This document shows positions 1 through 11,098 of a DNA stretch of 64,000 bases, in pieces. The DNA is from Blastocystis sp. Blastoise. Its lineage: Eukaryota > Protista > Bigyra: Opalinata. Each line of letters begins with the position of its first letter. Position 1 is the first letter of the stretch. The notes under the pieces were generated by a model, which saw only the letters and a list, made by a program, of their open reading frames with translations, searched no databases and had not been told where the DNA came from. Position numbers and translations under genes: made by a program. Location of the stretch: NCBI GenBank assembly GCA_039096225.1, contig JBBPEB010000005.1:930001-994000 (forward strand), given 5' to 3'.

Positions 1-993
1 ACTTATTGGAATATCTCTCCATCAATTCCCGCGGGACTCAGTTTCGATTCTCTCACTGGTATTCTTCATGGTACACCTTCTAATGCATCTCATTTAACAG
101 AGTATACAATTACCGCGGGAAATCCTAACAAAAGTACGAATATTACTATATATATAACAGTAATCACATTATATTGTGATAAAGATGAGAAATGGTTGGC
201 AACTCCTATCAATCAAATTGCTTTCCTTCCTTGTCTCAATGATATATATAATATTCAATTTCGTGAATGTATTCATGTGATTGAAGGAGAAAATGATACG
301 AAAGTAAATATATTTAAACCCCCATTATATAATGAGCATTTCTCTACATCTTCTCATTCCTTTGAAAGAGATGATAATATAGAAATCAAAGAGTATGGAC
401 AATGGAAACAGGAAAATACAAATATGTGTCGATCTTTAGATGAAATAGGATATCCACCAGAGAACTATGTATATTTATATGTTCCTATAGAATTAATGAA
501 TTATCCTGATTATGCATTTGGTTCTATGTATATCTATGAATTTATGCTTATTATGGGAAGAGCAGTAGATTTGAATCATCCTCAATCTATTCCTATACAT
601 ATCACAAAAATAGAACATACACTCAGTACTTATGTACCTTGTTTGAAAGTTACTGTTCAATTTGTATTGACAAATAATAACTATACTATTGTTAGTAATA
701 ATATAATTACTTATATTCAACAGAATTTAAGAGCAGAATTATATATTATTAATTCAACTGCATTTAATAATGTTATTGTTCATATTCCAAATGATAATAT
801 TGTTATGTTATTATCTCATACATTTCCATATCTTACAGTCATATTAACAATTGTTGGTATTTTATTCTTTATCTTCTTATTTATGTATATCTCCAGAGTC
901 CTTCGAGTCTATATGAAGGAATCCAAGAAGATCAAGAAAGTTCAACATACAGCAATAATTCGAAGTGAAAAGAAATATTATTCCCTTCAATAA
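1..993 (+). CDS. Host type I membrane/surface protein, 3' part: putative Ig (He_PIG-like) domain, Cys-containing domain, C-terminal TM helix; 5'-truncated by the window
   Basis: Frame is open from base 1: TYWNISPSIPAGLSFDSLTGILHGTPS...YTITAGN matches the putative-Ig motif, followed by C..D..W..T...PC...R.C, a hydrophobic segment LTVILTIVGILFFIFLFMYI and a basic tail. Confidence 0.75.
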   Translation, partial: TYWNISPSIPAGLSFDSLTGILHGTPSNASHLTEYTITAGNPNKSTNITIYITVITLYCDKDEKWLATPINQIAFLPCLNDIYNIQFRECIHVIEGENDTKVNIFKPPLYNEHFSTSSHSFERDDNIEIKEYGQWKQENTNMCRSLDEIGYPPENYVYLYVPIELMNYPDYAFGSMYIYEFMLIMGRAVDLNHPQSIPIHITKIEHTLSTYVPCLKVTVQFVLTNNNYTIVSNNIITYIQQNLRAELYIINSTAFNNVIVHIPNDNIVMLLSHTFPYLTVILTIVGILFFIFLFMYISRVLRVYMKESKKIKKVQHTAIIRSEKKYYSLQ

Positions 994-1113
994 CTCATAT
1001 ACTTTTAAATCAAATAAAGTCATATGTTTCTTCAGTTTATGTTAATGTAAGAATAGACAAGATAAATAGGTACATATATTCTTTTCTTTTTTTTGCAAGT
1101 TTTTCATTTTAAA

Positions 1114-1172
1114 TGTTTATTTGTTTATTTGTTTATTTGTTTATTTGTTTATTTGTTTATTTGTTATTTGTT
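1114..1172 (+). repeat. (TTGTTTAT)n short tandem repeat downstream of the host gene
   Basis: About 7 tandem 8-mers visible directly. Confidence 0.8.
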
Positions 1173-2131
1173 TTTATTCTCTTTTTTAAAGTTAATTAAT
1201 TATTACATTTTTTTATGTATATTCATCATAATTCATGTATTTGCTTTCTCGTTCTTTCATTCACAAAGATAATTAGATATGTATATAAAATAGAGATCTA
1301 TTATATAGTTGTTCTTTTTTTTTCTTTTTCATGTTATATCGCATTTTTTTTGTAATGTTGTTTTTTATTCCTTTTGTTTTCAAAGACTTGTTTATTTTGT
1401 TTTTCTTATTGATTATATATATTATTTAGATAGTTTTTAAACATTCATTATTTATTATCATTTATATACAGTAAGAATATATGTATCATAATACTATTAT
1501 ATATCTTGTAATATCATTTTATATCTATTCTATACATTTACATATTCTTTTGTTTCTATTCTTTTTTTCTTCTACATTCTTATATATATATATATATTAT
1601 TGTTTCCTTTACCTATATTTCATTATTTATTAATAATAATACGATTCTCTCTTCTTTATTTTTTTTAATTCAATCCATTAATAAAGTGTTCCCTTTATTT
1701 GTGACATATATTTTATGTTCTTTTATTACAAGAAAAATATTTATTTTTATTTTATCATCTTTTTATGTAAATAATGTATTTTATTTTGTGCTTTAGTCAC
1801 ATCAATATTTATATTTATAGGCAGTTATAGTATTCATTCTTGAAACAAATTTATATAATAGATAATTTTATTTTTTGATTTCATGACGATAGATAACTGA
1901 TAAAATGTATACATTATTATTATATTATATTATTTATTGTTTAGTTATATCAATTATTTAAAGGAAAAACAGGACAAATTTAATGAAAAATGTTATGAAG
2001 AAAAGAAATAAATGGAATAATTTAAAAATAAATAGAGAAATACTAGAAAAATTGGAATAACAATATATGTTTAAACACAACCACTTCTTGAATCCACATT
2101 CGAATATACATCATGAAACAAATCGTCTAGA

Positions 2132-2203
2132 GGCCTGCTGGTCTAGTGGTATGATTCTCGCTTAGGGTGCGAGAGGTCCCGGGTTCGATTCCCGGGTAGG
2201 CCC
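2132..2203 (+). tRNA. trnP-AGG: tRNA-Pro(AGG), eukaryotic type
   Basis: 72-nt cloverleaf: acceptor GGCCTGC/GTAGGCC, anticodon arm CTCGC-TTAGGGT-GCGAG (AGG at 2164-2166), T arm with GGTTCGATTCC, and a T-run terminator just downstream. Confidence 0.97.
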
Positions 2204-4491
2204 AATTTTTAATTTTTTCACTTCTCAAAAAAACTAAATTCTTTTATACAGCTATTCTAAAAATTTAAGTATATTTTTGAAAAATTCGGTTCACAAAAGA
2301 AAAAATTAAATGTTTTTTTTGAAAAATTCGGTGTTTTTTATAAAAAAATCAAGATTCAGATAATACTAAATTTGAATAAATATGACCCAAAATATGAGAC
2401 TTTTGTGTATTTATTTGAAACATGCTATTTTCGTAATAGTACATAGTTTTTTTATAAAACCCGAACTGGGTACCTTTCTACCTTATGCTGACTTGGGTAA
2501 ACGACTTTGTTTTTTAAATAGTGCAATTACGAAATTTGTAAGGTCGGAGTTTTGTAGTTTTAGTGTGTTGTACCTATTTGACTCTTAGTTTGGTCAACAT
2601 ATCAAAGATAGAAAGTCAGTTTTTAACTTTGAGTTTTATATATCAGTCATTTTAGCTCATTTGCCTTTAAAATAGTATTATTTAATAACATGTCAATTAG
2701 AATAAATAATTAAATACAAATTTAATGTAATTATAATAAAATAAAATTAAAAAAAATTAAAAAAAGAAAAGAAATTTTTTGAGTCTGAAAAAAACTGAAA
2801 TTAAATTTTCAGAAAGAATATAGTTTTAATAATTCAATATTTTCATTATCACTGGTGGGCAGCTTTTTAAAATCGTGAAAATTCTGGTATGCACCCTAGC
2901 TGTTTTTTGGTATAAAAAAAGTGTTTTTCTGGTATATACAGGACTTTTCCTGGTATAAACTTATGGTGGGTTTTGTATTCCTATAGTTACGGGGGATGTA
3001 TCTTTTTATGACTACGACTTATTTTTAATGTTTTTTTTTTGGTATTCCATAATGACAGTGGTTGTATTTACTGTTGATATATATAAGATAAAAATGTCCA
3101 TAACAACATCTATTTTACAGTTTAGACTTTCATTAGTGCTATTTTAGACTGTTTTAAACACATTATTTCTTTGTCTTCTTTTAATACATATTTTAGTTGT
3201 TTAAGCATAAAAAACAATAAATATAACAAAATACAAAAAAATTAAAGAATAAACAATTAAATAAAGTAAAATATAAAAAGATAATTTTTTATTTTGACCG
3301 AGGGACTTTGTTTTTTACTCATATAAGGAACCTATAAAAATATAATTATAGAAATGTAATAAATAAAAGGATAAATAAATACATACAGTTTAAGAGCTCA
3401 TGGAGAATCGCATTTCCTTGAAGCAGAACAACAAGAGAGGTTACCTTTGAAATCAAGTTATTTCTGATCAGCTGATCGTTATAGAAGAAGCTATATCTAT
3501 AGAGGATAGTTTAAAGAGAAAAATGAAACATACTTAGAATCGCCAAGAGAATCTGTGCTTATTTTTGAATAATTTGAGTTATATATACAAGCTATAGAAT
3601 AATAGATATAAAAGGAATGAAAAAAATACCATTTTAAAGAAAACAACCAACTTTATAAATATTAATAAATATAAAGATATTTGTAAGAATTTTCTTGAAA
3701 AAAGAATAAGCATGGCCCTGAATATGAATTTGTATGAAATTTTTTTATATATAAGAAAAGTACTAAAATCCAGGGGTTATTTCGACTCTGTAATATTTTT
3801 AGTAAAACTTCACTTTGAAGTTAAGAAAAATGTATATATTGATGATTATGTAATATGGTTGTTTAAGAATATATAAATTGTACTCTGACAATGGTTTTAA
3901 GGTTACTGATGTAAAAAACTTCCATTCTTGAAGGCAATTACTTTCATATTTGTTTTACTTATGAGCTCTATTGACGTTATAGTGTTGATTGATTGTCAGT
4001 GAGTCGTTTTGAGTCAAAATATATACAAATAATGAACTTTTATCAAACTGATTAACAAATACTGAGATAAAATATTTTATTATATTTATGTTTTCTTTTA
4101 ATAGCAATACACTTGTAGAGATGAATAAGTGCAAAATTAGCTTTTAAAAAGCTTAATTGAATGGTTTTAAGGTTATTTTCAATTAATAAAATTATTTTCT
4201 AAAAATATTATAAATATATATATATAAGCTTTATTTTTAATTATTTTCATTTAAAAAAGATAATAAAAATTAAAAGATTATGAACTACTATAGATTATAC
4301 AAAGAGAATTAAGTAAAATAATTTATTAATATTATAATAATAAAAAAAAATATATATATAATAATAAAAAGTAAATATATATATAAGAATGAGATAATAA
4401 ATGATTATGGATTATTTTTTGTTCAGAATAGATATATTTAGCTATAGAAACATATATAAATATAAATACAAATATAAATATATACACAGGT

Positions 4492-5387
4492 ATTCTTCCG
4501 TTCTTCGAACTGCAGAAGGGGGTATGCAAACCCCGCATAGAGTCTGCGCGACGCGCGCAGCCATAAGCGGGGAAGACATCCCCCCTTTTTGTTCTCGACG
4601 GAAGAATTATTAACATTTCTGAAGTAAAATAACCATGGGAGTGTAGGGTAGTGTGTGTGTGTATTTATTTTTTCCCATGTTTATTTATTTTTAATTTATT
4701 TGTGTTCCGATTCCAACGTGAAACGTAAAGTGATCAAGGAGAAACTCATAGTAATCATAAAAGAAATAAAATACACACTCACACCCTCCCCTTTACAGGG
4801 AATATTCATGGGAAATGGCTCCATCGTTGGTAAAGTGAGTAAAATAATCACGGGAATACAGAAAGAAATACGAAAAGAAGCACAGAATGTGCTAAATAAA
4901 CACACACCCCGACCCTCCCTTTATATAGAGAAAAGATGAAATGGATGGTTCTATCTAAAAAGAAATAATAGAAATAATCACGGGAATATATAAAAATAAA
5001 AATGTATGTATAGTGATCAATAAATAATATAAAAAGTCATGATAATCATAAAAAAAATTATATAAAAAGAGTAAAGTGATCAAGGTATGTATTTATAGTG
5101 GGTGAAAGAAAAGCTGGTGGTGGTGTGGTCTTGTAAAAAGATGTACCCACCACCACGATTATAACGAGAGACTTTTGGAAACAAGGGTGACCGTTATGGA
5201 AATAGGATGCGTCATCGTGAATTGTCCAATCAAATTGCTTAAAAATGTAAAAATGAGGGATTTTGGAACACAAAAACATAATTATATTGGGGAAACTGGG
5301 GAAACTAATTGTGTTCCAGTGGTTTTAGGTGGCGGGGTGTATATCAATTTTCTAGAATATTCTAGAACATTCTCGAAACTTCTAGAA
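4492..5387 (+). repeat. Left terminal inverted repeat of PLV copy 1 (896 bp)
   Basis: Near-perfect reverse complement of 35145-36041. Confidence 0.96.
5350..5387. promoter_or_regulatory. Heat-shock-element-like array at the inner end of the TIR
   Basis: TTCtaGAAtaTTCtaGAAcaTTCtcGAAacTTCtaGAA: 8 alternating nGAAn units. Confidence 0.75.
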
Positions 5388-5435
5388 TAATAAATTGTAT
5401 TATGCATTTTTTTTTCTATTTTTATACTATTTATT

Positions 5436-5603
5436 ATGGATTCTCCAAAGCAATTTGCTCCATATTATAAAGAAGGTACTTGGAAACCTTATGGAAATTT
5501 TGAAGTTGATGAATTAAGTGATAGTGATTCTGAAGTGGATACTATTCAAACTGAAAGTGAAGATGATTATGAAGATTATATAAAAAATTTTATTGATTTT
5601 TAA
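5436..5603 (+). CDS. Small acidic viral protein, 55 aa (below the ORF-track cutoff)
   Basis: MDSPKQFAPYYKEGTWKPYGNFEVDELSDSDSEVDTIQTESEDDYEDYIKNFIDF*. Lies after the HSE array and before a TTGTTTAGTT 3' motif; codon style matches the other viral genes. Confidence 0.7.
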   Translation: MDSPKQFAPYYKEGTWKPYGNFEVDELSDSDSEVDTIQTESEDDYEDYIKNFIDF

Positions 5604-5677
5604 ATTAATTTTTATAAATAACAAAACAAATTGTTTAGTTTTTAAAAATAATAATAAATAAAACAAAATAAAATTAA

Positions 5678-7168
5678 CTAATGTTTTCTACGTTTATTTC
5701 TTAATTTTTTATTTTTTGAAATACGTCTTTTTCTACGTAATCCATTACCTTCTTCGAGATCATAAAATACCTCACCATCATCTTCATCAAATGATTGAAA
5801 TTCATCATCTTCTTTTTTATTTCTTTTATTATTATTTTCAAGAGTGACATTTTCTACTGGATTAGGAATCGGGGCTACAGGTGTAATATTTGGAGTGAAT
5901 TTATTCGTTATTGCTTGAGACATTGGAACAATATCAGGTAAAGGAACAGTAGGATCATTCATAAGAGGAATTAAATTTGGAGGATTTGAATCTTCAATAG
6001 TAATATTATGAATATTTTCTTGTGTTAGATTATCAGGAGTAGATGAAGAAGTTGGTATAACATTATTATTTGTTTCTATTGAATTTTCTGTTTGTGGTAT
6101 TTCGTCCTCTGGGTTTTTACCATAGTAATATCCAGAAAAGGTATTAAATAAATTCTTTACACCACTAACAACAGAGTTTGCAACTTTTTTAACACCATTA
6201 ACAATTGGTGTTCCTACATTTGTTGCAGTATTAACAACTTTATTAACAAATGTAGGGTTTTCTGCATAGGGAATATAATTTTTATGAAATGTTTTTGCTT
6301 GATCTTCTAAAGATTTAGTTTTGTTAAGTCTTTGTTCTTTAGTATCATTACCTGACATATGAGCAAATCTAAAATAGTTATCAGCTAATAATTTATTCTT
6401 TTTCTTAGCTTCATTATCATCAGTTAATTTCCAATTATCATATAAATTATTTCTATCACTTACAAGTTTTCCTTTAATATCATTGAATCCTTCTTTTGGA
6501 TCAACATTAATATCTCTCCACCAATTCTTGAGATCTTTAAATTTATTTGCACCATAATCAACAGCATTACTTATTCCATGAGTGATATTATTAATACCTC
6601 CAGTTAATTTATCAGACACATTGTATACATCACTTACAGTGTGATAAATATTAGAAAATAAATTACCACCTCTAGAATATAAATAACCATCACGATCTCT
6701 TTTAGTAAAATCAATTGCACTATCAATTGTACGAGGATTTAATAATCTTGAATATTTAGCATAATCAGACATATGATTTTGTTTCATATAAGGTAAGACA
6801 TAATCATGAGCATAAATGAGTTTTCTTGTAAAGTTCTTAGGAATTCTACCATCAGGTAATAACCCAGATCCTTCATCTATTGGTTCACTTTCTTCTGATT
6901 CTTCTAAGGAACTTTGTATAATATCTTGTCTGGTTTCTGATAAATAGGAGAAAAATGGATTGGATGTTGCTCTATTGACCATATTACTTTCAATTTTCTT
7001 AACAGCATATAATGAATTTGGAGCAATAGAATAATTAATTGGATAACGTTCTTCTCCATCAGGAATAGATCCTGGAACAATATAATTTCGATATTCATGA
7101 CCAGTAGCACGATGATTTACGCCTACTAATCCTTTATTTGAAACATTTAAACGAGCACTTTGTATCAT
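5678..7168 (-). CDS. Viral protein, 496 aa, probable virion core precursor with basic C-terminal tail
   Basis: Long ORF with RGG/TGG and GxG-hydrophobic motifs and a terminal RRKRRISKNKKLRNKRRKH tail. Function is inferred. Confidence 0.6.
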   Translation of the reverse strand: MIQSARLNVSNKGLVGVNHRATGHEYRNYIVPGSIPDGEERYPINYSIAPNSLYAVKKIESNMVNRATSNPFFSYLSETRQDIIQSSLEESEESEPIDEGSGLLPDGRIPKNFTRKLIYAHDYVLPYMKQNHMSDYAKYSRLLNPRTIDSAIDFTKRDRDGYLYSRGGNLFSNIYHTVSDVYNVSDKLTGGINNITHGISNAVDYGANKFKDLKNWWRDINVDPKEGFNDIKGKLVSDRNNLYDNWKLTDDNEAKKKNKLLADNYFRFAHMSGNDTKEQRLNKTKSLEDQAKTFHKNYIPYAENPTFVNKVVNTATNVGTPIVNGVKKVANSVVSGVKNLFNTFSGYYYGKNPEDEIPQTENSIETNNNVIPTSSSTPDNLTQENIHNITIEDSNPPNLIPLMNDPTVPLPDIVPMSQAITNKFTPNITPVAPIPNPVENVTLENNNKRNKKEDDEFQSFDEDDGEVFYDLEEGNGLRRKRRISKNKKLRNKRRKH

Positions 7169-7258
7169 TTTAAATTAATAAAATAATTATGAATTTTAAA
7201 ACAAAACAAAAAAAAAAGAAATTATTTATATTATATAGTTAGTATATTAATAGTATCA

Positions 7259-8056
7259 TTAATTATTATGAGTATTTTTTAAATAATCGTCAATATTCAT
7301 TGATTTATCATTAGCTTCAACAAATAATGTTTTATTTTTGTAGAATATATTATTATTTCCAAAAACATCACTATTGGTGCATTCAATAGGTCCATCAGTA
7401 TACCATTTGAATTTATACTTTCCATAAGTGGCGTTATAATATGTTTTTTCGTCGGTATCTTGTTGTAAATTCATATCGAATTCAAATTTCTTTGGAGTAT
7501 TATCATCTTCTTTATCTGGTTTCTTTTCAGTTTCAGGTTTAGTTTCAGGTTCTTTAGCTGGTTTCTTTTCGTGTTCAGGTTTCTTTTCAGGTTCTGGTTT
7601 GGGTTGTTCTTCAGTGAAATTAGAATTCATGGATTCTGGTTGTGGTTTCACTGTATAGTCTTCATTAGGATTTCTTACAGTATGAATAAGTTTTTCATAT
7701 TGATAGTTATTAGGATTACTAGCATCATACCATATCTTACTTGTAGTAGGAATACCATAATTCGTTTGCCATTGAGATAACATTGATGTATATCTATTTG
7801 TATCACCATTAGCTTTAGCTGAATTCATAGTAGCTATAAACATATCTTCAGGTGATTGACCATGATTTCTTAATGCTTGAACTGCCATTGAACTATACAT
7901 AGATCCTTGTGCATTAGGATCATGTGCTAATGGTTGTACAGGTTGTTCATCTTGACAAATATATGAATTGGGTAACCATGGATCCCAAGATTGTTTTTTC
8001 TGATTTCTTGATAAAATATCATAGAGAGTTACACTATCTCCTAAATTACTTTGCAT
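7259..8056 (-). CDS. Hypothetical viral protein, 265 aa, with a P/E/K-rich linker
   Basis: ORF in the viral gene run with its own 3' motif; no recognisable domain. Confidence 0.75.
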   Translation of the reverse strand: MQSNLGDSVTLYDILSRNQKKQSWDPWLPNSYICQDEQPVQPLAHDPNAQGSMYSSMAVQALRNHGQSPEDMFIATMNSAKANGDTNRYTSMLSQWQTNYGIPTTSKIWYDASNPNNYQYEKLIHTVRNPNEDYTVKPQPESMNSNFTEEQPKPEPEKKPEHEKKPAKEPETKPETEKKPDKEDDNTPKKFEFDMNLQQDTDEKTYYNATYGKYKFKWYTDGPIECTNSDVFGNNNIFYKNKTLFVEANDKSMNIDDYLKNTHNN

Positions 8057-8132
8057 TATTTATTGTATTAATTTAAAAATAATTATATAACAAAACAAAT
8101 AATTAATTATGAAATAATAAAAGTTAAAATAA

Positions 8133-9170
8133 TTAATTTAAATGGAATTTTTTTAAGAAGAATTGAACAAGATTAATAATTAAATTAGTAGTAGTATCAA
8201 AGGATGTAGAGTTGACAAGAGCACCACCACAACGTTCAGCATTCTCTTTTGTAACACCACTTCCACTAGGATTTTTAAAATAGTTATCAGCAGTTTCTTT
8301 ACGTTTCTTATCATCATCAGTAGTAATCATATTATAAGCGAAATCAATAGGGATACCAAGAGAAGGATAATAGTATTTTAATGCATTCACTACAATAGGA
8401 ACAATAGTTTTAATAGTTTTAATAGCAGTATTCGCAATAATAGAATGCTTTTGTTTTGGATCCATAGGATATTCTTTATCGATAACGACATTAACAATAT
8501 CACGTACAGACACATGCTCATCATTTTTAGGTAATCGTTCTTTAATATCTTGTAATTTCTTTCTATTAGACTTTACATTACTAGAACGAATAGCCTTCTT
8601 AGCAATAATTCTTATTTGAGGAGTTACAAATTTACTTGTTTTCTTTTCTTTTTCTCGGTGACTCCCATGTTCTTTACGATGTTTCTGATGCCTTCTATGT
8701 ATACCTTGACCAAATATATCATCATAATTTTCATCTTCAAGATTTGCATTATTATAATCTTTATCATCATCAGCCATCATTTTTCTTGTTATTCTCTTTG
8801 GTTGATAAGTATCATCATCGTTATATAATTCATCATCTCTATTAGCATCTTCAATATGTTCTTCAAATTGTCTTTTCTTTTCTTCTTTTGCTTTTTCTTG
8901 ACGTTTTTGTTCTTTACGTTTCTGATAATAATTATATCCAGCAAATGCTCCTAATGTACCTAAAATAGGTAATGCAGTATAGACACCATTTTTAAAATCA
9001 GCCCAATCAGCATCTCTAGTTTGTTGTCTAACAATTTCTTCAAAGCCTGTTCCTCCATATCTTACATAACGTTTATGATAAAGATCACGTCTATTTGATT
9101 TTGGTGGTGATCCTCCAAATAATCGTGGATCACAATTTTGTTTTAAATATCTTTTTGTAATTGAACTCAT
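8133..9170 (-). CDS. Viral protein, 345 aa, probable virion precursor with a hydrophobic segment
   Basis: LFGG, RYGG, RCGG, GQGI and GSGV motifs; hydrophobic segment VYTALPILGTLGAFAGYNYY. Confidence 0.6.
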   Translation of the reverse strand: MSSITKRYLKQNCDPRLFGGSPPKSNRRDLYHKRYVRYGGTGFEEIVRQQTRDADWADFKNGVYTALPILGTLGAFAGYNYYQKRKEQKRQEKAKEEKKRQFEEHIEDANRDDELYNDDDTYQPKRITRKMMADDDKDYNNANLEDENYDDIFGQGIHRRHQKHRKEHGSHREKEKKTSKFVTPQIRIIAKKAIRSSNVKSNRKKLQDIKERLPKNDEHVSVRDIVNVVIDKEYPMDPKQKHSIIANTAIKTIKTIVPIVVNALKYYYPSLGIPIDFAYNMITTDDDKKRKETADNYFKNPSGSGVTKENAERCGGALVNSTSFDTTTNLIINLVQFFLKKFHLN

Positions 9171-9223
9171 AACAAAACAATAAAATAATTATGGTTTATA
9201 TGACAAATTAAAATATAAAAAAA

Positions 9224-10261
9224 TTAATGAAAAGATGGATAACCAGAATAATGTTTTTTATTTAAATAAGGATTGAAAATGCGTCGTTGACTATCTTGTA
9301 TGATTTGATCTTGTATGATTTGTAAGATGGATTCTTTAGGTTTATCTTTTTCATCTCGTTCAATACCTTTCAATGAGACTTCTTCTTCAACAGGTAAAAA
9401 CTTCTTCATTTTCTTTTCATATGTAGATACATGTTCATTAGGACGTTTAATACCACTACCTGATACTTCACCTTGTTCTTCTCGTTTCTCTTTTTCACTA
9501 TCTTCTTCTGTCCATTTCCTTTTCTTTACCATCTTATAGACATTCTGTTTACTACCACAATCAGGATTTGTCCATATCGTTAAATCATCACTACCTTGTT
9601 TTAACATAAAGAATTGATGTGGATCATTCATTAATTCTTCATCTGTAAGAATTTCATTTAGATTTGATGGCATAATCTTTAATTTATCTGGTAAGAATCC
9701 AGGATCACGTTTTAAGATTTGACTATTAATAAAGAAATGAGATACTTGACTTAATATAGATTGATTGGTAACATCTGTATGACTTTGAAGACATATAATA
9801 GCATTCTGTTTATAATGACGACCTTTAGATAATATAGATACAATCAATTGTTTGGTTTGTCTAGATAATGGATAGATATCATCCAATACAATAAAATTAT
9901 GTTCTGGTAATTTATATGTATTGACTAATTCATCAACAGTTTTAATCTTTTTAAATTTATCATCTACAGAATCATACCATTTATAATCAATTCCAGCATG
10001 CTCACAAATATCTTGAAAGGATGTATAACATTCATTCTTATTGGATGCATCAGGACAAATTACTGTGACTTGTTTATATTTATTTTTAAGATCCATAGAA
10101 CATAAGAGGTTCACAGTTAAGAAAGATTTACCTGAGAATGTTCTTGCAATAATCAATATGAATTTTGATTCATATGTTTTATGATGGGATTTTCCATATT
10201 TAAATTCTAAGACTCCACATCCTTTACGTGTTTCTTTTAATGGATTTATTTTATTCACCAT
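9224..10261 (-). CDS. A32-like (FtsK-HerA superfamily) genome packaging ATPase
   Basis: Walker A variant ARTFSGKS, Walker B FIVLDD, family signature KGRHYKQNAIICLQ. Confidence 0.92.
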   Translation of the reverse strand: MVNKINPLKETRKGCGVLEFKYGKSHHKTYESKFILIIARTFSGKSFLTVNLLCSMDLKNKYKQVTVICPDASNKNECYTSFQDICEHAGIDYKWYDSVDDKFKKIKTVDELVNTYKLPEHNFIVLDDIYPLSRQTKQLIVSILSKGRHYKQNAIICLQSHTDVTNQSILSQVSHFFINSQILKRDPGFLPDKLKIMPSNLNEILTDEELMNDPHQFFMLKQGSDDLTIWTNPDCGSKQNVYKMVKKRKWTEEDSEKEKREEQGEVSGSGIKRPNEHVSTYEKKMKKFLPVEEEVSLKGIERDEKDKPKESILQIIQDQIIQDSQRRIFNPYLNKKHYSGYPSFH

Positions 10262-10329
10262 TTTTATATGATTTTAATCAACAAAACAAAAATAATTAAT
10301 GATAAGTTAAAGATAAATAAATGATTTTA

Positions 10330-11001
10330 TTAAGATGCAGTAAAGTATATATAAAGATTTGTATTTGATAAATCAATTGGATTATTTAATTGATCATATA
10401 TTTCCCATTGGATATCTGTATATTTACCATCAATACATGGAATAGATAAATCACTTAAAGCAAATGTATTATCAAATCCTTGTTTAGCATATAAAGGAAT
10501 AGAAATTAAATCATTATCTTTATTAATAATATCACAATACACACGTAACATATAGATCTTATACCATGAAATATTATTGGATATATATTCATCAGTAAAT
10601 ACGATTGTATCACCCGGACTAAAGTATGGTGATTTAATGCCTAAGTATTTAAATAGTCCAGAACTAAGACCACATTCAAACCAATGATTTGATTTAAAAG
10701 TTTTAGTTTCTTTATTATAGCTGAAACCATAAGGTTCTCCTTCAACATAGGATTTCATTTTTTTTCCAATTTCATATAATTGATCTAAAAAATCTTCTAA
10801 AGTATAATTTCCAGCTGGAAATGTATATCTACCAGCATTATCATAAAACTGAATATTGAATTCAGGAATATTAATGATATCACTTGTATTCACTAATGTA
10901 TTGATATGAGTTATATTTTTACCTACTAAATCCAAAGTATAATTGAATTGTTCATGACAGATTTGACTTGTAATTTTACTTAGATGAGATATTGATGTCA
11001 T
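10330..11001 (-). CDS. Minor capsid protein (penton, single jelly-roll)
   Basis: Polinton-type penton motifs FPAGNYTLEDF, LRVYCDII and IQWEIYDQLNNPIDL; lies between the ATPase and MCP genes. Confidence 0.8.
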   Translation of the reverse strand: MTSISHLSKITSQICHEQFNYTLDLVGKNITHINTLVNTSDIINIPEFNIQFYDNAGRYTFPAGNYTLEDFLDQLYEIGKKMKSYVEGEPYGFSYNKETKTFKSNHWFECGLSSGLFKYLGIKSPYFSPGDTIVFTDEYISNNISWYKIYMLRVYCDIINKDNDLISIPLYAKQGFDNTFALSDLSIPCIDGKYTDIQWEIYDQLNNPIDLSNTNLYIYFTAS

Positions 11002-11098
11002 TTTTTATTAAATAAATTAATTATGTATTGATAAACAAAACAATATTTTTAAGATTAATATAAAGTTGATACAAATAAGAAAATATTATATAATTAAA

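Noticed and set aside
3290-3640. Small minus-strand spliced host gene
   Set aside because: Intron-like signals are present, but the spliced frame from the ATG stops after 11 codons.
2132-4492. tRNA gene as the viral integration site
   Set aside because: The TIR is 2.3 kb away and no tRNA fragment is duplicated at any junction.
4480-4495. Target-site duplication of the provirus
   Set aside because: Left flank CACAGGT and right flank TAATAAA share no direct repeat.
4332-5390. Short ORFs in and around the TIRs (also 35130-35877 and 45519-46076)
   Set aside because: They recur only because the TIR is repeated; mostly non-ATG starts, no motifs, and one is removed by the copy 2 deletion.
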